This document shows positions 20,358 to 30,257 of a stretch of 64,000 nucleotides of DNA, piece after piece. Below the pieces are notes generated by a model. That model had not been told where the DNA came from. It saw only the letters and a program-made list of their open reading frames with translations, and searched no databases. The position numbers were made by a program, and so were the translations under genes. The DNA lies in contig JAHDYR010000005.1 in assembly GCA_019828565.1 (NCBI GenBank), forward strand, positions 1,569,992 to 1,633,991. Direction: 5' to 3'. The first letter of the stretch is position 1, and every line of letters starts with the position of its first letter. The stretch comes from Carpediemonas membranifera BICM. Taxonomy: Eukaryota > Protista > Fornicata.

Positions 20358-23300
20358 TCAGGGCTCTGGAGGCGGGATGTACTCCGTGCTGGCAGCAGAG
20401 TCTCCAACCAGGGCGACCATGGGAAGGTCAGTGACGGCCTGCATCGAGACATCCCGAACGAACTCAAATGGCTTCACCAGCCGACCGAAGAGGACCTCGG
20501 CGGGCGGGTACTCCTCATCGATGGCAGAGTCGTCGAGGTCAAGCCCAGCGACCTCGGCGATCAGGGGGATAGCCTTGGGCGGCAGTTTGATCTGTGCCCC
20601 AGTCCATGCGAGGGTGAAGCTCAGCGGGGTGAGCAGGTCAGAGTCGAGGGCTATGGCGGCAGTGCCGGGGCCGGTCCTGAGCGGGGTGACTGCCAGGATG
20701 ATCTCGGCGTCGGCCTTGGGGCGAAGGGAGAGCCTGCGCTCCTTGACCATCGTCCCATCGACCCCGATGGCGAGGGTAAGGGCAGTCGTCGTGAACGTCA
20801 GGTCGAGCGGGACAGAACCGTAATTCCGTAGTGACAGACGACACAACGCTGGCCAGGCTACACCTAGCTCACCAAGCGCAATCTCCTTACCATTCTTGAC
20901 TTCAACTTGGCCCATCGTCAACCGTAGTCCGGGTACACCAAGCTTGCCTGATAGTTCCATCCTGCGGCTGAGCTGGATCCCGTCGAGAGAGAGAATTGAG
21001 CTGGCCGCGCCCCTTGTCTTGGCTGGATAGAAGTCGACCGGGACAGAGACAGAGTCGCCAGGGGCCACGGTGACCTCGTCGGCACCGATCTTGAAGACCT
21101 TAGAGGAGGCCGAGGATACCTTGAGCGTGATCGGGAATATCGGATCTGGGTTGGATATGGTGAATTTCTTGGATATGATATTATCGATCCAATCTCCCTC
21201 GTATCTAATGGTCGCGGCGCATGTTCCAAAGTCAAGCAACCCGCCCTTTGGCACAATCCTGACCCTGGGCTTGTGAACCTTGCCGAATAGCTCAATATGG
21301 TGCGTCTCGTCGTTAGCTTTCACGGCCATCTTGAACTGGAATGGTCCAACTGTGGTTGGGGCCCATGTCACAGCGACCTCAGTCTGGGAGAATGCAGGAA
21401 CGGAGCCGACGGACGGGTTGGCGACGATACTGAAGGGCGGGTGTGCTTCGAAGTCGAGCGGATACCCGCCTCTGTTTGATAGGACAAATGATCGGGCCAT
21501 TGAGTGGCCGAGGCAGACATTACCGAAGCCCAGAGGATGTAGCAGCGTGATGTCGAGCCGACTCTCTTCGGCTCGACCCTTGACGACGACGGTGGCAGCT
21601 GCGCCCTTCAGATCATTGTCGATGACAATCTCGTGGCTGAACGACGTCGGGGTGGAGAATGGTTTGATGTGAAGTCTGACACTGACCGAATCATCTGATG
21701 AGATCGTCCCAGATACGGGGGAGAGAGACAAAAACTTGGGCAGTCGGGCAGTAATCAGGCGGAAGTTGATGGCGGCGCTGCCGTCGTTGAAGAGGTTGAT
21801 CTGACGAGTAACAGCACTGTTGAGCTGAATAAGTCCGATGTCAACGACGTTGGGCTTGGCGTATACAGTGGCTCGACCCGATTCAAGGGAGATCCCAATG
21901 GTATGCTCCGAGATGTTGGTCTGGACAAGCATGGATATGTACTCGTTCACGTCGGCAAAGGGGCAGAAGTCGACAGTCACCGCGTGCTTCTCGTATGCGT
22001 TGAGGGTTAGTTCAGCGGGTGTGACCGAGAGGCCGAAGTCGGCGAGGGTCTTGCCGTTGACACTCACCAGGCCGAAGTTGATGTGATACGTCACGTCTCC
22101 GGTGTTGTGGATGACCATCTGGCGCTGGTACTCGTTGCCAACGATGCAGCTGTTGAAAGACAGTGTCTTGGGTTCAAATGAGATGGACGCCTCTCTACCC
22201 CCGCCCCTAAGCTGCACCGAGTGCGCCATCAGCGCCGTAGTGATCGTCAGCTTGCCGGGGGCGACCTTCTCTCCCTGTGGAGTGAACGACAGCGGCAGGT
22301 CATAGCTACCGCCCGGGGGGATGGCGAACGGGTCGGCCGGCCAGCCTGACCCAGTTCTGAAGGAGACAGACTCATCGAGCTCGACCAAAAGCACTCTAAG
22401 CCTAGCCGTGCCCTCGTTCTTGAGCGGAATAGACAGCTGGGTGGACTGGCCGATCATCGCACGGCCGAAGTCAAAGCGCTCGGGGACTACCAGTCGAGCC
22501 GTACCTCCACCAGCAATGACTGAGAGCGAGAGGGGCGGCCCGGCGTCGTGCTCGAAGAAGACGGGGTTCTTCTGTAGTTGCTCCTGGAGCGGCATGAAGA
22601 CGAAGCTGACGCCGACCTCCTCCTTTGGCTTCAACACACCTCGGGCCGGAGAGACAGTGAGCCCGATGTTAGTGTTACGGATCCGCCAGTTGATCTCCAT
22701 CTCTCCCAGATTCCTGAAAGATCGAGACATGACCACACTATCACCAATCGGGATTCGACCCCAGTCGAGAGGCGATGTGTCCGTGGCCATTACACGCGAT
22801 ACCTTGGGCGTGGCAGACAGTGGAATAAGGTGAGGTGCGTCAGGGACGGACGATGAGCACTGGAGCACGCCAGTGATGGGGGATGCCGTCGCGCACCGGA
22901 TGCGGACAGTGACAGCCTGCCGCACGCCGGGTGGGAGGGGGACGACGACGGGCGAGACCTGTAGGAAGGGCCTGTCGTCAGGTACAACTGGTAGGGCGAT
23001 GTCGGTGCGGCGTATGGCGTCCATGAAACCAGGACGGGCCGCATGAAGGATGCCCTTGATGTTGCTGATCCGATGTGCGCTCTCAGGCCTTGTTGCCCTC
23101 GAGATCGCGCTCATTGAGCCAATCTCCGTCTCCGTCGCCGGTCCCTGGGCGGGCTGGAAGGAGCTGAGGACGGCATGGCGCACGATGCTCCAGAGGTCGT
23201 GTGCAGACCGCTTGGCTGATTTCTCAATAAAGTCCGATGACAGCAGGCTGCCGTCCGTAAACCTGTCCCTGATGAGAGCCCAGTAGACCCTAGCGGCTGA

Positions 23301-26300
23301 TCCGCGTGGGACGGCGGGGAGCCATATGTGTGCTCGGTGCTGGGGGGCCGAGGCGATGCCGGGGACAGCCCAGTGCAGCAGCAGGTCACAGGGGACCGTG
23401 CCGCGGTTTCTAAGCACTATCCTGCGGGTCTGGACCTGACCAATCGCGACGGGACCGAGGTCCAGGTCGCCCTCGTGGAGGATGTCGACCTTTCCACCCT
23501 TGCCACGAATGGGTACGAATAGCCGGTTCCACTGGGACGCGATGGTGAGTGCAGCGACGTACGGCCTTGGCTCAAGGACCTCCATGCGGACAGCCATCAA
23601 GAAGGACTCGGCCGGCTGGATGTCAAAGGAGTCCTGCTGCCCGAAGTAGCCGTCTGGCACGGAGATCTCGTTCTCTCGGTCAGGCGGGACGACACAGAAA
23701 GAGAACTCTGACGAGTTTGAGTTGATTGTGAGTGTCGCCTCAGATGTGCCCTGGTTTGTCACCCTAAACCGCCGCTGGACAGGCACAGATACTGGTACAA
23801 CGTTGAAGTCGAGGCCCTTGAAGTGGATGTCAGACTCGTGAACGAAGGATGCTGCGATGAAGCCCTGGCCGCCGACACCGATGACGTCAACATGGTACTG
23901 ACGGCCTTCGCGCTCGGACTCACCAAAGAGGATGGTCACACGCCCCTTGCATATGCTGTCGGTGGTGGGTGAAAACTTGATGACGACCGCGCCGGTGCTG
24001 TACGGCTGGATTACCCCGCCAGTACCGGAGACGGTGAAGGCCTTGTTCGCCGATGAGTGAACGAAGAACCGGACAGTGAAGGGCGAGTTATTGGCGAGGG
24101 AGTACTCAACGATGTCACTCGAGCCGACGGGGACGAGGTGGAAGTTGTGCTTGAGCAGCCGTAACAAGACAGGGGTACGGGTGCCGTCCAGCGGCGCCTC
24201 GCCCTCTGGCTTTCTCGCCTGTCCCGATAGCTTGGCGAGTTTCACTGCGGGCACGTCACACGCGGCAGTGACGGGGATGGTAAAGGACTCCTTGGCGGAG
24301 ACCAGGTGGAGACGGCATGTCGTCTTCATCGGCTGGGCATGGTGCGGGGGGGAGAACGTCAGCGTCAACCTACCCCGCCGCCCGCCGTGGACCACAAGGT
24401 TCATTGCTGTGAGATAGAGGCTCTGCTTCCTCAGAATCTCTCTGGTCATCATGTCCGTCTGGTTGGCCACCGAGTCGGCCGGGTTGGCTGGGTCCACCAC
24501 TCTCACTGCGATGTCGGCGTCGATGTCTCCACTGTTCATGAGAACGACTGTGCGGCAGACACTCTCGCCTGCCCGGCAGACACCGAAGTCCATGGAGCGC
24601 TCAGCACCGAGAGAAAGGCTGATATCTCCAGCCTTGGCGGAGACAGGCAGCTTGAATGTCTTGTACTCAGTCTTCAACATCAGTGGGATGTCTAGGGCGT
24701 CGTTGATGGACTCTGGGACAAAGGAGACAGTGATACTGACTGGCGAGTTGATCTCAAGAGTACCGTTCATGGGCACGACCGTGAATATGCCGTCCTTGAC
24801 ACCTTCAGGTATAATGAATGAAAACGGGAGTGCGATTGATCCCTGGTTGAGTAGAGAGAATGACTTGGACGACTGGACACCAACCAGACTTGTCCCGAAG
24901 ACAAGACCAGATGAGAGCACGTCTGGTGTAGCTGACACCACCGGCACGCCTGTGACAGCCTTGAGCTCGACCTTTCGACCGCCCTTCAGCCTCTTGTCAT
25001 CAGGACATGTTACTGTGACAGGTATCGCGAGTGGGTCAAAGGACCTTGGAGTGACTGTCACGGGGACCATCGTGCAAGACTCCGCGGGGATGGAGACACG
25101 TGAGGGAATGTCGACGTTGCCTGCCCGCGAGAAGAATGAGACGTCAGCATCGGCGGTGCCACTGTTGTGGACCTCAAAGCGGACGGTAGTAGGGCGTCTG
25201 TATAGCAGTAATCCGCAGTCAAGCACGTCGTCGAACTGGAGGGCAGGGTAACCGCCCCTGCCGAACACGGCCAGACTGAGGGCATCCATGGTCCGGCCCC
25301 GACCCTGACTGTTGCTGGGGTCGTACCTGAACTCGAGTCTACCGCAGAAAGTGCCCTCCGAGTGCGGAGTGAACCTCACGGTGACCGAGGCGTGGGCCCC
25401 TGGAGCGACTGAGAGCTGGAGGGGGGTGATGTCAATGACGCGGTGGTCGAGGTTGACCACAGCCATTTCCACTCGTGCGGGGAGCTGGCCCGAGTTCGAC
25501 AAGGGGATCGTAAAACTGCGGGTTTGACCGACGACGACGTTGGTGAGGTCGACCTCGGTGGCCGATGAGACAAGGGACGCGCGGACGCACTCGCCTGAGA
25601 CCGTCATGGGGTATGCACCCAGCGATGTGACCACTGAGAAGGCCCGTTCGATCGGCCTCCCTTGGCTGTCAGGAGTGAAAGTCGCCTCGATCTCGGCACT
25701 ATGTCCTGATGCGACCGTGCCGCTGGAGGGGTAGAACGAGAAGACCTTGTCCTTGGCGTGGGCCTTGTCTGCAGCTCTCACTTTCCACATCAGTGGGAAC
25801 AATCCGGGGTTAGTCAAGCGGACGGTTTCGACGTGAGTCACGCCTACTGGTCTCTTCCCAAAGGAGACGGCCGTGTCGGAGATCTGGAGGGGCGGTGAGA
25901 CGCGCAGTGTGACCGGCAGCCTGAGGTATCGCGGGCTGGGTGTCGCCTGGGCGATATGCTCGGCCATGGGCTTCGGGGGGGAGTCGAGCCCTGCATCCTC
26001 AGGCCTCAGCTGGGCGGCGATCTCGTAGTCAACCTCCTCGCCCTCCTTGTAAAGGGGGTCGGTTTGGACTATAAGACGCTTGTTGATGGCCCCCTCAGTG
26101 AAGATGGCGTCAACCCACAGCTGACGGGACCCCGCCTGACCGAGGTGAAAGGCAAGCTGACACACTAGCACCGTCCCCGCGGGAAGGGTGAGCGGCATGA
26201 TCAACCCCCTGACCTTCATCCGCTCTTGCCACTCCGTCGTCCGCCCCACGGGCAGTTTAACACCGGCCGCCTCTGCCCCGACCCGGACAATGGGAAGATC

Positions 26301-29300
26301 GCCCACACCGGCCCCGCTGGCATGGGTGTGGGTCGAGACTGGCACCACAGCACTGCCAGGGGAGGCTGTGAGCTGGATGACGGTGAGGGGGTGGAGAGAA
26401 TCGTTGGTGAGCACGAGAGACGCGACCGCAACACCTTGGGAACTGCCCTCGCGGAGCCCACCGTCAAGCACGAGTGGAGCTGTACCGTCCGTTGGAATCA
26501 TGACAGAATCAATAGATCCACTCGAGATCTTCTGATATTTGACTCTATCAGGCAGAGAGAGCACCTTGGCCTCCTTGAGCACTGCGCTGATGGCGAGGGA
26601 CTTCAGTGGTATGGCAGCAGAGATCTGGAGCTCGGTGCTGAACCCTGTCAGTGGAACGAGGTGGACCTCGCTGAATGCCCGAATGGTGAGAGTAGCAGAG
26701 AATGGGACGTTGCCGCCCGGTCTGACCTGTACCTGTATGGTTGTCTGGCCCAACGCCGGGATGAAAGCGGGCTTGTTCCCTGCGATCTTGAACATGTGGG
26801 CCGTAGTTCCGGTGATTTCAGCAGTAATGTCGATGTCTTGTGCCGAATCATTCCACAGCGTCAGCGGTAGCCGCGTTTTCATCCCAGACAGCACAACGCC
26901 GAAGTCCACCGCCTTGTCCGACAACCGCACGGGGAGAGGTCCGAAGGCTGCCGTGAGTGGCTTCACAGGCACGGCCCAGGAATAATCTGAGGTCGACTGA
27001 AGTTGCTGTATGGGCCTGTACGACGCTCTGACACTGAGCGGACGGACGTGAGTTCCGGGCTCGATGTTCATGATGTGGGCGGTAAAGGACGCCTCGCTGA
27101 ACGGATCAATACGGAGAGCTGTGCCTGCACGTCTCTTGGCCACGCTGGTGGACGCTGGGCCATCCTGCCGGGTTACTATGAACTTGCCGTCGTCAGCGAT
27201 CGGCTGCTGCAGTCCAGCATGAACGTAGACCATCCTAGCCGTCATGTTGGCCAGTACGATGTCAGCGGAGGCCGTGTCGATGGCGTCAGGATCAAAGAAG
27301 ACCGAGCCTTCCATGGGGTGTGTCACTGTAGTGAGGACGTCAACCTCTGGCTGCCGTGAGCCGACAAGTGTGATAGACGTCGCGGTAGTCGGTTCCCTAC
27401 AATCCAGCGGGACTATGGTGACGAAACCTACATATGATTGCTCGAGTTCATCAACCTCCCCGAGCATGACCGGGAGACTGAGAGTCCCACGAGCTGCGAT
27501 GAACCCGGACTGAGTTACCTGGCCGCGGTCGAACGTGAAGGGATGGGGGACGAAGGCGAAGTAGGAGATGTTGCTGTTCTTATTGTTCTTAAACACGGCC
27601 GTAGTCTTCGTCGATGCCTTATGCTGCACATACAGTGTGTCTCGCTGGCACAAGAATGCAGGATCCCCCGCATCAGTCAGCTTGAACGGCGCCAGCTGGA
27701 TCGCCCGCTCTCTGACGTCGCGATCAGCCCGATACCAGCTCTGTACCCGTGCAATAAACTCAGCGGACGGTGCTGCAGGGATGGCGATGCAGCGCACCTT
27801 AAGGATAGTGGTCACAACACTCTCTGACGTGACCTGCACAGCGCCCTCTGACACACCGACACTATCAGGGTTGAAACGGAGTCGCAGTGTACCCTGGGAC
27901 CGGCCCTGGATGGTGTACATGGGACCAGCGCCAGTAATCTTGGAGGCGGTGTCCATGTCTTCAGTGACAGCCGAAACAGTGAAGGGGCCAGTGCAGGAGA
28001 CGCTAAACTGCGTGGCAAAGCTCTTGAAGCATGAGATGGGGATGTCGGTCTCGGTTGGTTCTGGTGAGTTGAGGACCACAGGCCGTAGTGACAGATCCTG
28101 CCGTATCCTGCAGTAAATACCCGGCCCGACGAGAGCGGAGACCCTGATCCTTTGATAGGGGCATCCCGGTGCTGTGGCGTAAACCACTGTGTCGACCGGA
28201 CCTCCTCGGATGGGTTTGAGGTTGATGACGTGCGTTGTTGTCGAGTGGGGTGCCACTGTCACTGGGTTGACTGCAAGGAGTCGGTTGGTGACAATAAACT
28301 TGCAGGTAAGGGGGGTACTGGTGTGGTTGGCTACAAGGATCATCCGACTGTAGTGAATCTGAGACACCGGTTTCTGGATGAATCCAAATCGGGCCTCCTT
28401 GCTCACTGTAAACGGCATGCCCACCGTAGCCTTGAGACACAGGGGCCTGTGGCTTGACCCGATCGACAGAGAGCCTGAAACAAGCCCCTTGTCTGCAAAG
28501 ACAGGGGGTTCGAAAGTAACTGTGCCTAGCGCAGTCTGGCCCGGCTCAGCGAAGAGCGTGGCCGGGAATATTCTGAATGGAATCTTCCCCGCAGTTAGGG
28601 CCACTGGTAAGAAGGAGACTAGAGTGGGTGTCACGCCACCAGCAACAATTGGGACTGGCAACCGTCTAACCGTGCCAGGTGCCACGACGCCGAGGTCCAG
28701 GGGCTCCGTACCAGAGGCGAAGGGCAGGGAAATGATGGGTGGGTGGACGGTGACGGGCACAGCTGCCAGGGGAACGCCAGTCCAGGCTAATACAGTCAGA
28801 GTCGCCCGACTGGTGGCTGCTAGCTGGGTGGTGTGGCACGTTACAGTTACTATGGTCGGGTCTGGTCCGAGTACAAGGACACTCGGCTTGACTCTCACGG
28901 TGTCTGGGCGATCACTGTGGACAAAGATCACCCGACTCGGGCCACTGCGGCAACTCAGGCGGAAGCTTGTCCGGAAGGGGTGGGTACTGCCAAGCGTCAG
29001 ACCTTGCGGGCTGACCCCGCTGATCACCACTGAATGAGAGGCGGGAAGGACGGCGGACATGGTGGGCTTGCTCGACTCGGCGGTCGACCCGTGAAGCCGA
29101 GATATCAGATCAGATTCGCCCACTAGATCTGAACTTGCCATGATCTGGTCCTTGATGAACTCTGGGACAAGCTCGGGGCTTGGCAGGGCGTTGAACAACT
29201 TAGTCGACATTCGCGGCGACCAAATTGACCAGAAGAGCGAGAGAGCATCGCTGAGCAAGGAGCTGGTGGGCTTGTCGAGCTCTGCGGCAGTGAGTGGCAG

Positions 29301-30023
29301 TACCTTCTGGTAAACACGGCCCAGCCGAGCCCTCCTCTCCTCGAGTGACACGGTCGCTGGCCAGAAGAGGGCGAGCCCTGTCAGCGCTGTCGCCTTGGCC
29401 ATCTCCTCGCCATCCAGGGCAGCACACAGTATGGTATCGATGGCTTCAACGTGCGGTTTAGCCCGGATGTGGGGCAAGACCATGGTGAAGGACTGCAGGA
29501 GTCGGCACACCACGGTGGCGCGGGACATGGCCCACATGGGGCGGTCGTCTGCCTCCCCTTCACCCGTTACCCACTGTAGCCGTGCTATGTGGGCGGATGT
29601 TCCATTGGAAGAGGCGGGAGAGGCGGGGGAAGTGGCCGAGAACAATCCGTGAGTAGAGTAGAAGGAGAGGGTTTGACGGAGGTCCGCGAACAAGGACGAG
29701 AGCTTGGCGGGGTCTACGAACTCAGCGAGGGATGCCAGCAGGTGTGTAGCGAGGAGCGCGGTGGTGTCGTGGTTTGTATAAATCGCCTGGCTAATAGAGT
29801 TCAGGAGAGGCGCTGCTTCGCCAGGGAGTAGCAATATGCATGTTTTCAATGCATGTAGAGCTTCTGCGGATTCAGTCATCAACAGAAGAGCGAGATGGCG
29901 GACAACTGGTTCGGGCGAATGAAAAAGAGAATGCAGCGCCTTGAGATGAACCGAGCTGGCATCTGCACTGATTGGGTGTGAAAGACAACGGAAATAATCG
30001 ACGACGGCGTTCGCTTGCATCAT
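20358..30023 (-). CDS. Giant ASH (ASPM-SPD2-Hydin) repeat protein, Hydin/CFAP-like
   Basis: About 3200 codons with many Ig-like repeats of the form (L/V)DFG...LxNxG...PxxGxl...vxFxP. Probable ATG at 30023. Confidence 0.8.
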   Translation of the reverse strand: MMQANAVVDYFRCLSHPISADASSVHLKALHSLFHSPEPVVRHLALLLMTESAEALHALKTCILLLPGEAAPLLNSISQAIYTNHDTTALLATHLLASLAEFVDPAKLSSLFADLRQTLSFYSTHGLFSATSPASPASSNGTSAHIARLQWVTGEGEADDRPMWAMSRATVVCRLLQSFTMVLPHIRAKPHVEAIDTILCAALDGEEMAKATALTGLALFWPATVSLEERRARLGRVYQKVLPLTAAELDKPTSSLLSDALSLFWSIWSPRMSTKLFNALPSPELVPEFIKDQIMASSDLVGESDLISRLHGSTAESSKPTMSAVLPASHSVVISGVSPQGLTLGSTHPFRTSFRLSCRSGPSRVIFVHSDRPDTVRVKPSVLVLGPDPTIVTVTCHTTQLAATSRATLTVLAWTGVPLAAVPVTVHPPIISLPFASGTEPLDLGVVAPGTVRRLPVPIVAGGVTPTLVSFLPVALTAGKIPFRIFPATLFAEPGQTALGTVTFEPPVFADKGLVSGSLSIGSSHRPLCLKATVGMPFTVSKEARFGFIQKPVSQIHYSRMILVANHTSTPLTCKFIVTNRLLAVNPVTVAPHSTTTHVINLKPIRGGPVDTVVYATAPGCPYQRIRVSALVGPGIYCRIRQDLSLRPVVLNSPEPTETDIPISCFKSFATQFSVSCTGPFTVSAVTEDMDTASKITGAGPMYTIQGRSQGTLRLRFNPDSVGVSEGAVQVTSESVVTTILKVRCIAIPAAPSAEFIARVQSWYRADRDVRERAIQLAPFKLTDAGDPAFLCQRDTLYVQHKASTKTTAVFKNNKNSNISYFAFVPHPFTFDRGQVTQSGFIAARGTLSLPVMLGEVDELEQSYVGFVTIVPLDCREPTTATSITLVGSRQPEVDVLTTVTHPMEGSVFFDPDAIDTASADIVLANMTARMVYVHAGLQQPIADDGKFIVTRQDGPASTSVAKRRAGTALRIDPFSEASFTAHIMNIEPGTHVRPLSVRASYRPIQQLQSTSDYSWAVPVKPLTAAFGPLPVRLSDKAVDFGVVLSGMKTRLPLTLWNDSAQDIDITAEITGTTAHMFKIAGNKPAFIPALGQTTIQVQVRPGGNVPFSATLTIRAFSEVHLVPLTGFSTELQISAAIPLKSLAISAVLKEAKVLSLPDRVKYQKISSGSIDSVMIPTDGTAPLVLDGGLREGSSQGVAVASLVLTNDSLHPLTVIQLTASPGSAVVPVSTHTHASGAGVGDLPIVRVGAEAAGVKLPVGRTTEWQERMKVRGLIMPLTLPAGTVLVCQLAFHLGQAGSRQLWVDAIFTEGAINKRLIVQTDPLYKEGEEVDYEIAAQLRPEDAGLDSPPKPMAEHIAQATPSPRYLRLPVTLRVSPPLQISDTAVSFGKRPVGVTHVETVRLTNPGLFPLMWKVRAADKAHAKDKVFSFYPSSGTVASGHSAEIEATFTPDSQGRPIERAFSVVTSLGAYPMTVSGECVRASLVSSATEVDLTNVVVGQTRSFTIPLSNSGQLPARVEMAVVNLDHRVIDITPLQLSVAPGAHASVTVRFTPHSEGTFCGRLEFRYDPSNSQGRGRTMDALSLAVFGRGGYPALQFDDVLDCGLLLYRRPTTVRFEVHNSGTADADVSFFSRAGNVDIPSRVSIPAESCTMVPVTVTPRSFDPLAIPVTVTCPDDKRLKGGRKVELKAVTGVPVVSATPDVLSSGLVFGTSLVGVQSSKSFSLLNQGSIALPFSFIIPEGVKDGIFTVVPMNGTLEINSPVSITVSFVPESINDALDIPLMLKTEYKTFKLPVSAKAGDISLSLGAERSMDFGVCRAGESVCRTVVLMNSGDIDADIAVRVVDPANPADSVANQTDMMTREILRKQSLYLTAMNLVVHGGRRGRLTLTFSPPHHAQPMKTTCRLHLVSAKESFTIPVTAACDVPAVKLAKLSGQARKPEGEAPLDGTRTPVLLRLLKHNFHLVPVGSSDIVEYSLANNSPFTVRFFVHSSANKAFTVSGTGGVIQPYSTGAVVIKFSPTTDSICKGRVTILFGESEREGRQYHVDVIGVGGQGFIAASFVHESDIHFKGLDFNVVPVSVPVQRRFRVTNQGTSEATLTINSNSSEFSFCVVPPDRENEISVPDGYFGQQDSFDIQPAESFLMAVRMEVLEPRPYVAALTIASQWNRLFVPIRGKGGKVDILHEGDLDLGPVAIGQVQTRRIVLRNRGTVPCDLLLHWAVPGIASAPQHRAHIWLPAVPRGSAARVYWALIRDRFTDGSLLSSDFIEKSAKRSAHDLWSIVRHAVLSSFQPAQGPATETEIGSMSAISRATRPESAHRISNIKGILHAARPGFMDAIRRTDIALPVVPDDRPFLQVSPVVVPLPPGVRQAVTVRIRCATASPITGVLQCSSSVPDAPHLIPLSATPKVSRVMATDTSPLDWGRIPIGDSVVMSRSFRNLGEMEINWRIRNTNIGLTVSPARGVLKPKEEVGVSFVFMPLQEQLQKNPVFFEHDAGPPLSLSVIAGGGTARLVVPERFDFGRAMIGQSTQLSIPLKNEGTARLRVLLVELDESVSFRTGSGWPADPFAIPPGGSYDLPLSFTPQGEKVAPGKLTITTALMAHSVQLRGGGREASISFEPKTLSFNSCIVGNEYQRQMVIHNTGDVTYHINFGLVSVNGKTLADFGLSVTPAELTLNAYEKHAVTVDFCPFADVNEYISMLVQTNISEHTIGISLESGRATVYAKPNVVDIGLIQLNSAVTRQINLFNDGSAAINFRLITARLPKFLSLSPVSGTISSDDSVSVRLHIKPFSTPTSFSHEIVIDNDLKGAAATVVVKGRAEESRLDITLLHPLGFGNVCLGHSMARSFVLSNRGGYPLDFEAHPPFSIVANPSVGSVPAFSQTEVAVTWAPTTVGPFQFKMAVKANDETHHIELFGKVHKPRVRIVPKGGLLDFGTCAATIRYEGDWIDNIISKKFTISNPDPIFPITLKVSSASSKVFKIGADEVTVAPGDSVSVPVDFYPAKTRGAASSILSLDGIQLSRRMELSGKLGVPGLRLTMGQVEVKNGKEIALGELGVAWPALCRLSLRNYGSVPLDLTFTTTALTLAIGVDGTMVKERRLSLRPKADAEIILAVTPLRTGPGTAAIALDSDLLTPLSFTLAWTGAQIKLPPKAIPLIAEVAGLDLDDSAIDEEYPPAEVLFGRLVKPFEFVRDVSMQAVTDLPMVALVGDSAASTEYIPPPEP

Positions 30024-30257
30024 CGAACGCCGCTTGATGTGAGTGAGGGTGCAGTTTAACTCATTACAACGCTGCGGGGCACGACAGGCACCGTATGATG
30101 GACGGCATGGCCAAAGCACCCGCCCGGAGCAGCTGTATCATCCCCAGGAGTGCCGTACTGGTGGAAGTTGATGGTGAAACCACATTCCCCAGATGGCCAA
30201 AGCTAACCACGACATCACATTCAAGGCGCTGGTTTAAAAAGATACTATACAACATGC

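Noticed and set aside
25160-25175. His-Asn-Ser in the Hydin-like protein as an intein C-terminus
   Set aside because: It is the ordinary NxG motif of an ASH repeat, with no intein blocks upstream.
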